From assembly GCA_037917685.1 (NCBI GenBank), contig JAVCBU010000012.1, positions 32,001 through 96,000 on the forward strand: a stretch of DNA of 64,000 nucleotides. Direction: 5' to 3'. This document shows positions 27,502 through 37,879 of this stretch, piece by piece. Each line of letters starts with the position of its first letter. Positions within the stretch are counted from its first letter, which is position 1. Under the pieces are notes generated by a model. It did not search any database and was not told the origin of the DNA. It saw nothing but the letters and a program-made list of their open reading frames with translations. Made by a program: the position numbers and the translations under genes. This DNA comes from Thermoproteota archaeon (GTDB lineage: Archaea; Korarchaeota; Korarchaeia; Korarchaeales; JAOZGB01).

Positions 27502-29829
27502 ATGCCTTACACCGTGCGGGTGAAGGTGGGAGGGCTTGTTCAGGGGATCGGCTATAGACCCTTCGTACATAGAACAGCGTTAAAGTATGGGGTTCTAGGC
27601 TATGTGAGGAACATGGGAGACGTGGGGGTTGAAATCGTCGCCCAGGGAGACAAGAAAGACGTGGATAGATTTGTACATGCGCTCAAGGAGGAAAAGCCTT
27701 GGCTTTGTACCTATAGTTTCTTTAAGGTGGAAGTACTAGAGGAGTCTCCGGTATACAGCGGCTTTGAAATAATTAAGAGTAGTTTTAAGGGTTCAGGAAG
27801 AGGTGTAAGCTATATACCCCCCGACATTACTGTCTGTGACGAGTGTTTAAGGGAAATAGACGACCCATCCGACAGGCATTATCTCTATGCTTTCACCTGC
27901 TGCGCCCAGTGTGGCCCTAGGTTCACTGTGATAAGGGATGTTCCCTATGATAGAGAGCGGACATCCATGGACAAGTTTCCAATGTGTGATGACTGCCGAA
28001 GGGAATTCTATGATGTTAGAGATAGGAGATATAATGCTCAGACGATATGCTGCCCAAACTGTGGGCCACGCTTATGGCTTACAGATGGTGGTGAAACCTT
28101 AGCCTCTGATGTGGAGGCTTTAAGGCTGACTGCTAGGCTTCTCGATGAGGGTTTTATAGTTGCTATTAAGGGGATTGGAGGCTGCCACCTTGCATGTAAA
28201 ACAACAGACAACGATGCGGTCAATAGGCTGAGACAAAGGAGAAGGAAGCCTCAGAAGCCCTTTGCAGTTATGTCCCCAGACATAGAAGCTGTTCTAACCT
28301 ATGCTGACCCATCTGAACGTGAGATCCGCCTCTTGGAGAGTTTTAGAAGGCCTATTGTTGTCGTTAGGAAGAAGACGCCTTTCCCTCTCAGCCGGTATGT
28401 TTCACCGGGCCTTGACAGTATTGGTGTAATGCTGCCTTACTCTGGGATTCACCATCTTATTCTTAAATGGGGTGCCGAACCAGCCTACGTGATGACTTCA
28501 GGCAACATGCCGGGGCTGCCTATGGCTACATCCAATAGGGATATACTAAAAACACTCTCCGGCGTTGCAGACTATTTTCTCCTACATGATAGGGAAATTG
28601 TTAATAGGTGCGATGATAGTGTAGTTAAGATTGTCGGAGGAGAAACTGCATTTATCCGAAGGTCTAGAGGATATGTTCCGGAACCTATCACGTTGAACGA
28701 GTCTTTCAGGGACACGGAGGCTATTGCGGTTGGCCCGCTGGAAGCATCAACGTGTGCAGTCATGTCCTCTGGGAGAGCATATCTCTCTCAGCACATTGGA
28801 GATGTTGAAACTCTGCAAGGGCTAGAATTCCTGGAGTCCTCACTTAGACACCTTATGAAAATATTTAAGGTTCGAAAACCTTCGCTCGTAGCCTCCGACC
28901 TGCACCCAGGATTCCCTTCAACTGACCTGGCGCACAAGTTATCCGTGGAAATGGAGGCACCTCACGTAAAGGTTCAACATCACCATGCTCATATGGCGGC
29001 TCTCATGGCTGAGAATAAGCTGCCATTAGACAGTGTTATAGTGTGTATAACTGCTGATGGCTATGGATACGGCCCCAAAGGAGAAGCTTGGGGCGGTGAA
29101 ATCCTACTGGGAGGGTACAGCTGGTATATGAGGGCGGGCTCCCTAAAAGAGTACCCCCTCCCTGGCGGCGATACGGCGGCAAGAAGGTACGGCTGGATAG
29201 TGGCTGGCCTTCTCCACGGCGAAGTGGAGAGTGAAGCGCTGAGAAAACTCTTGATGAAAAGATGTATCAACGGTTTTAAACATGGACTAGTGGAAGTAGA
29301 CGTCGTACTTGGGATACTTGACTCTGGAAGTTATATGAGAACATCGAGCTGTGGTCGCTTCCTAGATGCCGCTGCGTGCATTTTAGGGGTCGCATGTAGC
29401 AGGACTTACAGGGGTGAAGGCGCTATAAAGCTTGAGGCTGCTGCCTCAAATGGAGACCCTGAGAGAGTTGAATTTAAACTGGACTACGTTAATGAGGGTG
29501 GAGTCCTAAAGCTTGATACAAGAAGCCTATTCATCCAGTTGTTAGATGCCTTGAAAGAAAACATTCCAAGGAGGCATATAGCTGCAGCGGTACATAAGGC
29601 TCTTGGCCAGGGCTTTGCCTACATAGCGTCCTTCGTAGCTGACGACAGGGGGATACCACTAGTAGGATTCTCGGGGGGAGTAGCATACAACAGGCTTATC
29701 GTAGGCCATGTTAAACGTGAGATGGAGAAGGACAAGCTTAAGATTCTACTCCACAGACATATACCCCCCGGGGACGGGGGAATATCTTTAGGCCAGCTTG
29801 TAGCCGCATGTACAAAACAAGCTATTTAG
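27502..29829 (+). CDS. hypF: Carbamoyltransferase HypF
   Basis: VQGIGYRPF, Zn-finger Cys motifs, KGIGG, QHHHAH, DGGISLGQ. Confidence 0.96.
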   Translation: MPYTVRVKVGGLVQGIGYRPFVHRTALKYGVLGYVRNMGDVGVEIVAQGDKKDVDRFVHALKEEKPWLCTYSFFKVEVLEESPVYSGFEIIKSSFKGSGRGVSYIPPDITVCDECLREIDDPSDRHYLYAFTCCAQCGPRFTVIRDVPYDRERTSMDKFPMCDDCRREFYDVRDRRYNAQTICCPNCGPRLWLTDGGETLASDVEALRLTARLLDEGFIVAIKGIGGCHLACKTTDNDAVNRLRQRRRKPQKPFAVMSPDIEAVLTYADPSEREIRLLESFRRPIVVVRKKTPFPLSRYVSPGLDSIGVMLPYSGIHHLILKWGAEPAYVMTSGNMPGLPMATSNRDILKTLSGVADYFLLHDREIVNRCDDSVVKIVGGETAFIRRSRGYVPEPITLNESFRDTEAIAVGPLEASTCAVMSSGRAYLSQHIGDVETLQGLEFLESSLRHLMKIFKVRKPSLVASDLHPGFPSTDLAHKLSVEMEAPHVKVQHHHAHMAALMAENKLPLDSVIVCITADGYGYGPKGEAWGGEILLGGYSWYMRAGSLKEYPLPGGDTAARRYGWIVAGLLHGEVESEALRKLLMKRCINGFKHGLVEVDVVLGILDSGSYMRTSSCGRFLDAAACILGVACSRTYRGEGAIKLEAAASNGDPERVEFKLDYVNEGGVLKLDTRSLFIQLLDALKENIPRRHIAAAVHKALGQGFAYIASFVADDRGIPLVGFSGGVAYNRLIVGHVKREMEKDKLKILLHRHIPPGDGGISLGQLVAACTKQAI

Positions 29830-29932
29830 ATCCCATCATCCCAGAGGGATTAAAGGTTCTATTTACGCTGTAGATATAGCTATCACCCCTGCTGCATTAA
29901 AGGATTAACGTTTGAGGGATACTATTGGAGGC

Positions 29933-30238
29933 TTAGCTTTTTTCTTTCCCTTTCCCTTCCGTTTTCTCTAGGATTTCCTTAGCGATTTCCCTGATGTCTC
30001 TGCCTTCAGTTTCTATCCCCATTTTCTTTGCCGCCTCTATGAGTATTTCTTTCTCGTCTTTCTTTGAAGCCTTTACCTCTTCCTCCTCGAATATTCCCTG
30101 ACTGGCCTTTCTATACTCATATATGGCTTTTCCAATCCCTTTTGCAAGCTCAGGTAGCTTCTTCGGGCCGAACAATAGTAGTGCTATGGCTAGGATTGCG
30201 ATTACCTCGTAGGTTCCTATCATTTCTAATCTACCCAT
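29933..30238 (-). CDS. tatA: Twin-arginine translocase TatA
   Basis: [24 protein letters not shown]. Confidence 0.93.
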   Translation of the reverse strand: MGRLEMIGTYEVIAILAIALLLFGPKKLPELAKGIGKAIYEYRKASQGIFEEEEVKASKKDEKEILIEAAKKMGIETEGRDIREIAKEILEKTEGKGKEKS

Positions 30239-30333
30239 TAAGACTTGGATGGTATATTTTAATGTTATCTCACATAACCATCAAGGATGGTATAAAGGTT
30301 TATGATTTTAACAGGTGTAGCAGATGTGGGGAG

Positions 30334-31242
30334 TTGACTAGGGTAATCTCATTCTGGGGTAAAGGTGGCGTGGGGAAAACAACGTGCTCATCTTCAGCAG
30401 CGGTGTGGCTGTCAAGTAGAGGTTTAAAAGTGTTGCTTGTTTCAAGCGACCAGGCTCCATCGCTCTCGGATATTTTGGGTGTTAATCTGTCAAGTGAGCC
30501 GAGGGCTGTTGGGGATCTTCCACTCTGGGCGGCCGAAATAGACGAAGACTCTGTTATTAGACTGTGGAAGGAAAGGTTCGGAGACGAGGTGTACGAAGTA
30601 GTATCTTCATTTATCCCGGTTGACCGTGAGATAATAGATTATATAGCTGGAGCCCCTGGGATAGGGTTCCAGTTTATGCTATGGTACATACTTTCTAGGA
30701 GGGATTCCGGAGAGTATGACTATATAATTTGGGATACTGCTCCAGCGGGAGGCTCGCTGAGCCTTCTAAAGATAGAACACCAGCTATATACCCATCTGGG
30801 GGATGCTGCTAGGCTTTACATGAAGGTTAAGTCAACCCTGGAGAGAATCAGAAGGAAGAGTAGAGACCCTCTCACGCTAATTAGCCATTGGAGAACGCTG
30901 GCCGAGGACGTGCTAAGGATGCTCAGCTCTGAAAATTTTAAATGCTACATAGTTGCAATCCCAGAATGGCTTGGCTACTCCCAAACAGTTAGAATAGTAG
31001 ATGAGCTTAGGAGGTTTAAAATAAGGATAGGAGGAATTATAGTAAACCAGGTCTTTGACCCTGACAAATGTTCTTGTAAGAGCTGGATCAGACGTGCTTC
31101 TATACATTCAAGGTACGTAGAGATGTTTAAAAAGAGATTTGGAAGTACGCTGCCTGTAAAAACAATTCCAGTACAGCCTGTAGAGATTAAAGGGTTGGAC
31201 ACACTCCTGGACTTTGCAGATAATATAAAGGATATTCTATGA
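30334..31242 (+). CDS. ArsA/GET3-family ATPase (single domain)
   Basis: GKGGVGKTT, S.D.APSLSD, DTAP.G, CSC motif; probable TTG start at 30334 after GGGGAG (ORF track opens at 30064). Confidence 0.88.
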   Translation: MTRVISFWGKGGVGKTTCSSSAAVWLSSRGLKVLLVSSDQAPSLSDILGVNLSSEPRAVGDLPLWAAEIDEDSVIRLWKERFGDEVYEVVSSFIPVDREIIDYIAGAPGIGFQFMLWYILSRRDSGEYDYIIWDTAPAGGSLSLLKIEHQLYTHLGDAARLYMKVKSTLERIRRKSRDPLTLISHWRTLAEDVLRMLSSENFKCYIVAIPEWLGYSQTVRIVDELRRFKIRIGGIIVNQVFDPDKCSCKSWIRRASIHSRYVEMFKKRFGSTLPVKTIPVQPVEIKGLDTLLDFADNIKDIL

Positions 31243-31252
31243 AGAGACGATT

Positions 31253-32134
31253 CTACGAGATGATGAATCCTATGGTTATTAGGGTTGGAGTAAGCAAAAC
31301 TATTAGTACATTTAAGCCCATGTACTTGACGAGCTTGCTGACATCATTATAGGCTTTGCTTACACCTTTAATGGTTTTAAACGCTACGGGTATTGTTAAG
31401 AGGCCTAGTAGACAATGCTTGGGAATATACTCTAGGAACACTACGGATACAAGGTAGAGGTACTGAAACAGTATTATTATAGCGTAAATTATAGATGCCT
31501 TCCTAAGGCCAAATACTATTGGAATGTTTATTCTTCCAGCTTTCCTGTCAGGTTCTACGTCCGGAAACTCATTTAACAACAGCAGCGAGGATGTAAGAAG
31601 GCCGGGAATAAGCGATGCTACAATAACATGGGTGTCTATTTCTGACGTTTGGACGTAATAGCTTCCAATAATCATTAGAGGTCCGAAATTCAGCCCTGTT
31701 ACCAGTTCCCCAAAGCCAATGCGCGCTATCAACGGGGAGTAAAGCACTGTGGAGGCAGCGCCAATTAGCATTATTGGAATTATCAGAAAACCAGATATTA
31801 AGGCAAGATAGCTTCCAATGGCTATGGCACCGAGTAAACTGGAAACTCCTATTTTTAACGCTGTCTCCGGGCTTATAACACCTGATGGGATTAATCCACT
31901 TCCCCCGCTAAACGGTGTTCTCTGGGTTTCAATGTCTATCCCACTTTTAAAGTCGAAGTAATCGTTTAGGACATTTACGCTGATGTGGGCTAGTAATACA
32001 CCGGCAAGTGTGAGGAGAAGCCTTGATGCGCTGAACACCCCTTGATGGAAAGCTATCGATGAACCGTAGGCTACTAGGACTACTGACAGAAGCAAGAATT
32101 TAGGCCTTGTCTCCTTGACTATGTTAAGGCTCAT
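31253..32134 (-). CDS. UbiA-family prenyltransferase, MenA-like
   Basis: ETRP, N..NDYFDF.SG.D, GGSG, NEFPD...D..AG; probable ATG 32134. Confidence 0.85.
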   Translation of the reverse strand: MSLNIVKETRPKFLLLSVVLVAYGSSIAFHQGVFSASRLLLTLAGVLLAHISVNVLNDYFDFKSGIDIETQRTPFSGGSGLIPSGVISPETALKIGVSSLLGAIAIGSYLALISGFLIIPIMLIGAASTVLYSPLIARIGFGELVTGLNFGPLMIIGSYYVQTSEIDTHVIVASLIPGLLTSSLLLLNEFPDVEPDRKAGRINIPIVFGLRKASIIYAIIILFQYLYLVSVVFLEYIPKHCLLGLLTIPVAFKTIKGVSKAYNDVSKLVKYMGLNVLIVLLTPTLITIGFIIS

Positions 32135-32193
32135 TGCAACACCAGGATTTCCAAAGTAATTTTTTAATGTTTTTAACAGCATCGGTATTAAAG

Positions 32194-33000
32194 ATGCTAC
32201 CAGTTAAGCACTACATAGACAGAGCTGAGAACGCCGTAAAGTGGCTTATAAACCTTTACCCCGATAGCGTATTTTCAGAGTCGTTAAAATATGCTATTGA
32301 AGGAGGTAAAAGAGTTAGGCCGATCCTTCTTTATTTAGCTCACGAAGCACTCGGAGGCGGCGGAGATCCAGACCCAGCAGCCGCAGCAATAGAGCTTATG
32401 CATACAGCTTCCCTCATACATGACGATCTTATCGACGGTGACGTTAACAGAAGAGGGAAGAAATCCTTCCACGTGAAATATGGGGAAACATCTGCTATTC
32501 TAATAGCAGACTACATTTTATCTCTTGCATTGAGAGTTGGCTCCATGTATAGTGACAGGAGAATACTATACGAGCTTTCAGAGGCTGCCAGGAGAATGAG
32601 TGAGGGTGAAATGTTGGAGTATAGGCTTCTCAGCTCGTCAGATCAGATAGGGTTTGGGTCTTACATTAAGGTAATAGAGTTGAAAACAGCATCCATCTTC
32701 AGGGCAGCAGGGAGAATTGGAGCATTAATAGCTGGGGGAGAAGCCAGTGTTGTAGATGCGCTCGGGGAATATGGCAGGATGATTGGACTGGCATACCAAC
32801 TTAAAGACGATCTTCTAGACTGGTTCTCCAAGGGGGAAATTTCAACTCTATTAAAACTTGAAAATCCCGGGAAAACTATCGGAAAGATGGCTGTGGAAAT
32901 GATATTAACAGCTAAGAGAAAGCTAGACGTCCTCCCGGAGAGCAGGGCTAAAGATATAATGATATACCTTGCTGATTATGCTATCTCAAGAAATGAGTAA
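32194..33000 (+). CDS. trans-Polyprenyl diphosphate synthase, probably long-chain
   Basis: GGKRVRP, HTASLIHDDLID..RRG, KTA, YQLKDDLLD; small residues before FARM. Confidence 0.9.
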   Translation: MLPVKHYIDRAENAVKWLINLYPDSVFSESLKYAIEGGKRVRPILLYLAHEALGGGGDPDPAAAAIELMHTASLIHDDLIDGDVNRRGKKSFHVKYGETSAILIADYILSLALRVGSMYSDRRILYELSEAARRMSEGEMLEYRLLSSSDQIGFGSYIKVIELKTASIFRAAGRIGALIAGGEASVVDALGEYGRMIGLAYQLKDDLLDWFSKGEISTLLKLENPGKTIGKMAVEMILTAKRKLDVLPESRAKDIMIYLADYAISRNE

Positions 33001-33008
33001 TGGTTTAA

Positions 33009-33386
33009 GCAAGGAGGCGTGGATTCAACTTCTTTGATGTAGTAGTCTATTCAATTTCATTTAGGGACGTATTAAGTAGATCCGACACTCTAAGCGAGGC
33101 CCGAAGAATACTAAAGAAAGGTGGTAGAATTGGAATTGTCGAACTGGTGAGACCTGACAGCCGCTTTAAGGCTGCTGTATTGGATTTCTATATAGACCGT
33201 GTGGTACCAATTTTAAGCATCGGCTTTTACGGATCTTTAAACACTCCATGGAGACATCTCTCCCAAACATTGAAATTGATGGATACAGCGAGTGAGATCG
33301 TGAGAAGAATTTCGAAGATGTTTGAAATTGAAGATTATCGTATCTTTTTCGGCTGTCTTTGCTGCCTAGCAGCAAGGAAGGTTTAA
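33009..33386 (+). pseudogene. 5'-truncated UbiE/MenG-type methyltransferase
   Basis: Open frame without its N-terminus: FFDVVVYSISFRDV..TLSEARRILKKGGRIGIVEL.RP..FYIDRVVPIL; SAM-binding motif I absent. Confidence 0.7.
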
Positions 33387-33409
33387 AATTTTAACCTTAT
33401 AGCCTTTCT

Positions 33410-35113
33410 ATGATGACATACGACATCGTCCTCATTCACCCCCCAAGCCTGTTTGACTTTAGGATGCACCCCTCGTATGGTGGCCCTATAAGCGAGGTTA
33501 TCCCATCCCTCTACGTATTTGATATGTACCCATATGGGTTTCTATCACTGGCCTCTCACTTGGAGGACAAAGGATTCAAAGTTGGAATCTTTAATATTGC
33601 ATCTAAAATGCTGTCCAGTAAGCGTTTCGACCCTGTAAGATTCCTAGAAAAACTTGATGCAAAGGTTTACGGTGTCGACCTTCATTGGCTTGTACACTCG
33701 CAGGGGGCACTTAAAACAGCTGAGATAATAAAGAAAAGCCATCCTAATAGTTTGACGTTGCTTGGAGGCTTAACAGCAACATATTACTGGAGAGAAATAC
33801 TTGAAAACTACGACTACGTAGACGCCGTAATGTTGGGTGACACCACCGAACAACCATTAGAACGGTTTCTAGAAATTTTAGACTCTAACGGAAATCTGAA
33901 CAACTGTCCTAACCTGGCTTGGAGGAGTGATAAGGGGATCGTCTTTAACGGTATTCAACACGTCCCATCAGAGTTTAAATATAGAACTGACCCCTCATTG
34001 CTCGTAAGAAACGCTTTAAGAAACAGGGATATTTTCCTCACCGTACCATACTACGGCTTCGTAGAGAAGCCCATCGTTGCTGTACTAACCGTTAAGGGAT
34101 GCATTTATAATTGTATAGGATGCGGAGGGTCCTGCTACACCTATAAGAAGTACTATGGTAGAAGTAGCCCTGCCTTCAAAAATCCTGAGATGATTAGGGA
34201 GGAAGTTGAAGTCTTGGCTGACCTCATTGAAGCCCCAATATTTATAGTTGGAGACCCAACTATCGGCGGTGTTAATTATGCTTCAAAGGTGCTTGAGGCT
34301 ATTATAGATGCAAATGTCCAAAATGAAGTTTTTTTCGAGGTTTTCAAGCCTGTAAATGAGAGTATTCTAAAGTTAATGAGGAAAACATCCGACAGAGTTT
34401 ATATTCAAATATCCCCTGAGAGCCCCTACGAGGATGTTAGGTTCTTGTATGGAAGGAAATACGACAACACAGCCCTTGAGAAGATGATTTCGGAAACTAT
34501 TAAATTAGGGTTTGAGAGGCTTGATCTCTACTTTATGACAGGCCTCCCTGAACAGACCTATGAGAAGGCGCTAGGAGTAGCCAGCTATTATGAGTATCTC
34601 CAAAATAAACTCAAGTGTGGGCGTAAAGTAGATGTCTTCCTTGCACCTTTAGCACCATTTGTCGACCCTGGGAGTATAGTCTACGACAACCCTGAAAAGT
34701 ATGGATATACGATCTTCTGGAGAAGACTCGAAGATTATAGAGTGGCCATCGAACAGCCCTATTGGGGTTTAATGATCAACTATGAAACTAGATGGATGAA
34801 CCGGCCTACCATGGTAAAAGCAACTATCAACGCCTCCCTTCAGCTTGCTAGAACAAAGTACAGGTATAATCTAATCAGTGGGAGGCAATATTACGCGGCA
34901 GTTGAAAGGTTGGAATATGATCTTAAAATATCATCTGAGGCTTTTAGAGGAAGATTTGAAGGGGTTCAAGATTGGTATAGATACGTAACAAAAGAATATG
35001 AGGCTACAGAAGACTTGTACCGTGCTAGAAGCCTTGTTGAGTGCCTGAAGGTTCCACCTCATTTGAAGATTGCTCTAAGGCTGCTGCTTCTTTACTCGAA
35101 GCTCCACGGTTAG
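33410..35113 (+). CDS. B12-binding radical SAM protein (TIGR04190-like)
   Basis: LIHPPS..DFR, YGVDLHWLVH, GCIYNCIGCGGS, PFVDPGS. Confidence 0.85.
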   Translation: MMTYDIVLIHPPSLFDFRMHPSYGGPISEVIPSLYVFDMYPYGFLSLASHLEDKGFKVGIFNIASKMLSSKRFDPVRFLEKLDAKVYGVDLHWLVHSQGALKTAEIIKKSHPNSLTLLGGLTATYYWREILENYDYVDAVMLGDTTEQPLERFLEILDSNGNLNNCPNLAWRSDKGIVFNGIQHVPSEFKYRTDPSLLVRNALRNRDIFLTVPYYGFVEKPIVAVLTVKGCIYNCIGCGGSCYTYKKYYGRSSPAFKNPEMIREEVEVLADLIEAPIFIVGDPTIGGVNYASKVLEAIIDANVQNEVFFEVFKPVNESILKLMRKTSDRVYIQISPESPYEDVRFLYGRKYDNTALEKMISETIKLGFERLDLYFMTGLPEQTYEKALGVASYYEYLQNKLKCGRKVDVFLAPLAPFVDPGSIVYDNPEKYGYTIFWRRLEDYRVAIEQPYWGLMINYETRWMNRPTMVKATINASLQLARTKYRYNLISGRQYYAAVERLEYDLKISSEAFRGRFEGVQDWYRYVTKEYEATEDLYRARSLVECLKVPPHLKIALRLLLLYSKLHG

Positions 35114-37794
35114 TTATGGGGTGTAAGACTAAGTCTCTCTGCAACAAGCTCCACTATATCTTTAGCCTTTGCCTTCACGTTTATCTCGCTTAGTCCTTCA
35201 TTCAATGTTTTAATACATGACGGGCAAGCTGTTATAACTGTCCCAACACCGGTCTCCACTATTTGCTTCGCTCTTTCCTTAGCTATTTTTACAGCTATAT
35301 CATCTCTTACAACCCTCTGGAGGCCGCCTCCACCGCAGCACATCGACTTCTCGTAACTTTGGCCTATCTCCACGAGTTTTAAACCCAGCTCTCTTATTAT
35401 GGTTCTAGGTTCAGAATATATGCCCATATGCCTGCCTAAATCACATGGATCATGGTATGTAACCTCTTTTTCAGCTGTATCTACTGTTTTTATAGCTCCT
35501 TCCCTGATATAGCTTGCTAGTAGCTGGGTTGAATGGAGAACTTCAAAGTTTAATTTTATCCCTAGAAGCCCGGGTATTTCCTTCTTGAAGGTCTTATAGC
35601 ATCCAGCACAGGTGAAGACAACACATTCTGCCCCCCTCTTCTCTATCTCAGCAATATTATGCTCTGCAAACCTTCTGAATCCCTCAACGTCTCCTATGAG
35701 AAGAAGGGGGTATCCGCAGCACCACTCGCCTCCACCTAGTATTGTGAAATCTTCGCCTACGTATTTGAGGATTCTAACCATGGAGTCTGCTATGCCAGCT
35801 AGGCTTCTGAACATAGATGCCTGGCACCCTATGAAATAGACTGTTCTAGCTTTATCTTTCATGACGTCAGCCCGCGATAGTTCGAAGTATTTTATACTTT
35901 TCGCTTTCTCCCCTAGCCTCTTAAGCATTCTAAGGTTGTACCTTGACCTGAACTCTACCCATTTCTCCCTCTCCTTGTTGTTTTTACCAAGAATGTTGTG
36001 GCTATCTTTCAATATTGAGGCGAAATCAAGCATGGTTTTTGGTGTTACCCCGTCATTGAACAGGATACTTCTCAGGTATATCCAGTTCTCTGTTATTGGA
36101 AGGTCTAGGGGACATGATACTTCGCATCTTCCACAGAGGGTGCATATTAGCCTTTGAACGGTTAAGGGGTCCATTTTACCCATGTATTGTGGTGATTTTC
36201 TAACAATGTACCATTTACCTCTTGGACTGTAGGATTCCCAGCCTGTGGCGGTGTAGTGAGGGCAATCGGTAACGCAGGATCCGCACTGTGCACAGGCTAT
36301 GGAAAACCACCGTATGCTTTCCTCTGCGGCTTTAGGCTCCCCGGCTATTTCAAACCCTGTATGTTTAGCTATCAAGCTTGGGACTGACACAAACTTTTCA
36401 GCTAGTTTTATCATTTTGGAAAGCTTGTTCTCCTCTATTACTTTCCCGGGGTTAAATATTCCCTTGGGGTCAACTTTAGACTTGTATTTCTTAAGTCTCC
36501 TAACTCTTTCCCTGCCCAGTACTGTGTCACTATAATGAACAAAGTATACACCTGTTGAGTACGGCGTTCCTCCATGTTTTAAAGCTATCCTGAGAACTTT
36601 TAGCAGCGTCGTGTAGTTCAGGGTATAGCTTAGCTTCCTCTCATCATGCAAAATATAGCCTACTATTACCGCTTTCCTATCCTTTGTTAGGATGCCCTCT
36701 ATGTAGACTGGTTTCCCAACGGCCTCCTCAACTTCTTCTAGGAATAGGTGAAGATTGTCAACTGGGACTGTGGCCTCCACCGGGATGATGGAGGGACCCA
36801 GCCTTTTCGCCTTTAGAACGTTGAATCTCTCATTCCACTCGTGCCTTGCGATTACGTCGGATAGTGGACTTCCCCCCTCCTCATTAACGATTTCCAATAG
36901 TTTATGCTTTACATCTTCCCTACTATTGTCTGAGAGAATGAATAGACATGTGTACCTTTCGGGAATGGATAATGCCTCCGTTCCGTGTTGTAGTAGATTT
37001 TTCAGCTTATTACCGCCAGGGTTAATGAAACTTGCAGACCATACAGGCAGTTTTTCACGGTATACATGGAGGAGGGTATCTCTCAGGCTCTTAGCTGTGT
37101 CAAATGAGAATATGAGGGGGGTATCCTCAGTTTTTCTTCTAACTTTGAATTTCACCCTTGTAATGATTCCCGTTATCCCTTCTGCGTCGCTTACTAGTTC
37201 CAAGTCTTCTCCTGCGAACTCTTTTATCTCCGCCTGTGGGGTGACTACTCTAGCTGATATAACATTCTCCCTAAACCACCCGTACTCGAAGCTTCCTATC
37301 CCAGCTCCCCCCTGAGCTAGCCAGCCAGCAACCGTGGAGGATAATGCGCTTGTAGGGTAAAGCCTCAGGGATAAGCCTTCCATATTGAGGGCTTCCTCAA
37401 TCTTCCACCATATAGCTCCAGCTTCAGCTTCAACTAACAGATTCGCTTTATCGATCATCGTGATTTTAGCCATTCTACTTAGGTCTACGATTATACCCCC
37501 TTTCAGGGGGAAGACGCCCCCGTATCCGGATGTTGCCCTACCCCTCGGCACGAGTGGGATGCCTTTTTCAACAGCTAACTTTACAATGGATACTATTTCA
37601 TCCTCGCTTGTAGGCTGTACAACCGCTGAAGCCTTGAAATCCCCTGTGAATCTCCTAATAACCCCTGGAAGGGCACCTATATCATGGCTGTAAACCTCTG
37701 CCTCCAGCTTTTCAAAGCTAACCCTATCATCGAACAGATTACTCAGCTCACCTACCACTTCACTATCCAGTTCAGCCAATATCCCTCCCATCAC
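35110..37794 (-). CDS. FAD-linked oxidoreductase fused to [4Fe-4S]/CCG domains (GlcD-GlcF/lactate dehydrogenase-like)
   Basis: PRGRATSG, DPKGIFNPGK, CAQCGSC..CP, CCG x2, YHDPC.LGR, TACP.C. Confidence 0.9.
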   Translation of the reverse strand: MMGGILAELDSEVVGELSNLFDDRVSFEKLEAEVYSHDIGALPGVIRRFTGDFKASAVVQPTSEDEIVSIVKLAVEKGIPLVPRGRATSGYGGVFPLKGGIIVDLSRMAKITMIDKANLLVEAEAGAIWWKIEEALNMEGLSLRLYPTSALSSTVAGWLAQGGAGIGSFEYGWFRENVISARVVTPQAEIKEFAGEDLELVSDAEGITGIITRVKFKVRRKTEDTPLIFSFDTAKSLRDTLLHVYREKLPVWSASFINPGGNKLKNLLQHGTEALSIPERYTCLFILSDNSREDVKHKLLEIVNEEGGSPLSDVIARHEWNERFNVLKAKRLGPSIIPVEATVPVDNLHLFLEEVEEAVGKPVYIEGILTKDRKAVIVGYILHDERKLSYTLNYTTLLKVLRIALKHGGTPYSTGVYFVHYSDTVLGRERVRRLKKYKSKVDPKGIFNPGKVIEENKLSKMIKLAEKFVSVPSLIAKHTGFEIAGEPKAAEESIRWFSIACAQCGSCVTDCPHYTATGWESYSPRGKWYIVRKSPQYMGKMDPLTVQRLICTLCGRCEVSCPLDLPITENWIYLRSILFNDGVTPKTMLDFASILKDSHNILGKNNKEREKWVEFRSRYNLRMLKRLGEKAKSIKYFELSRADVMKDKARTVYFIGCQASMFRSLAGIADSMVRILKYVGEDFTILGGGEWCCGYPLLLIGDVEGFRRFAEHNIAEIEKRGAECVVFTCAGCYKTFKKEIPGLLGIKLNFEVLHSTQLLASYIREGAIKTVDTAEKEVTYHDPCDLGRHMGIYSEPRTIIRELGLKLVEIGQSYEKSMCCGGGGLQRVVRDDIAVKIAKERAKQIVETGVGTVITACPSCIKTLNEGLSEINVKAKAKDIVELVAERLSLTPHN

Positions 37795-37879
37795 TCCTAT
37801 TAGTCAGAAAAAGAAAAAGTTATAGCTGTCAAGGTTTCAGTGATGCATGAATCACATCGAATCTCTATATAACGTGGAA

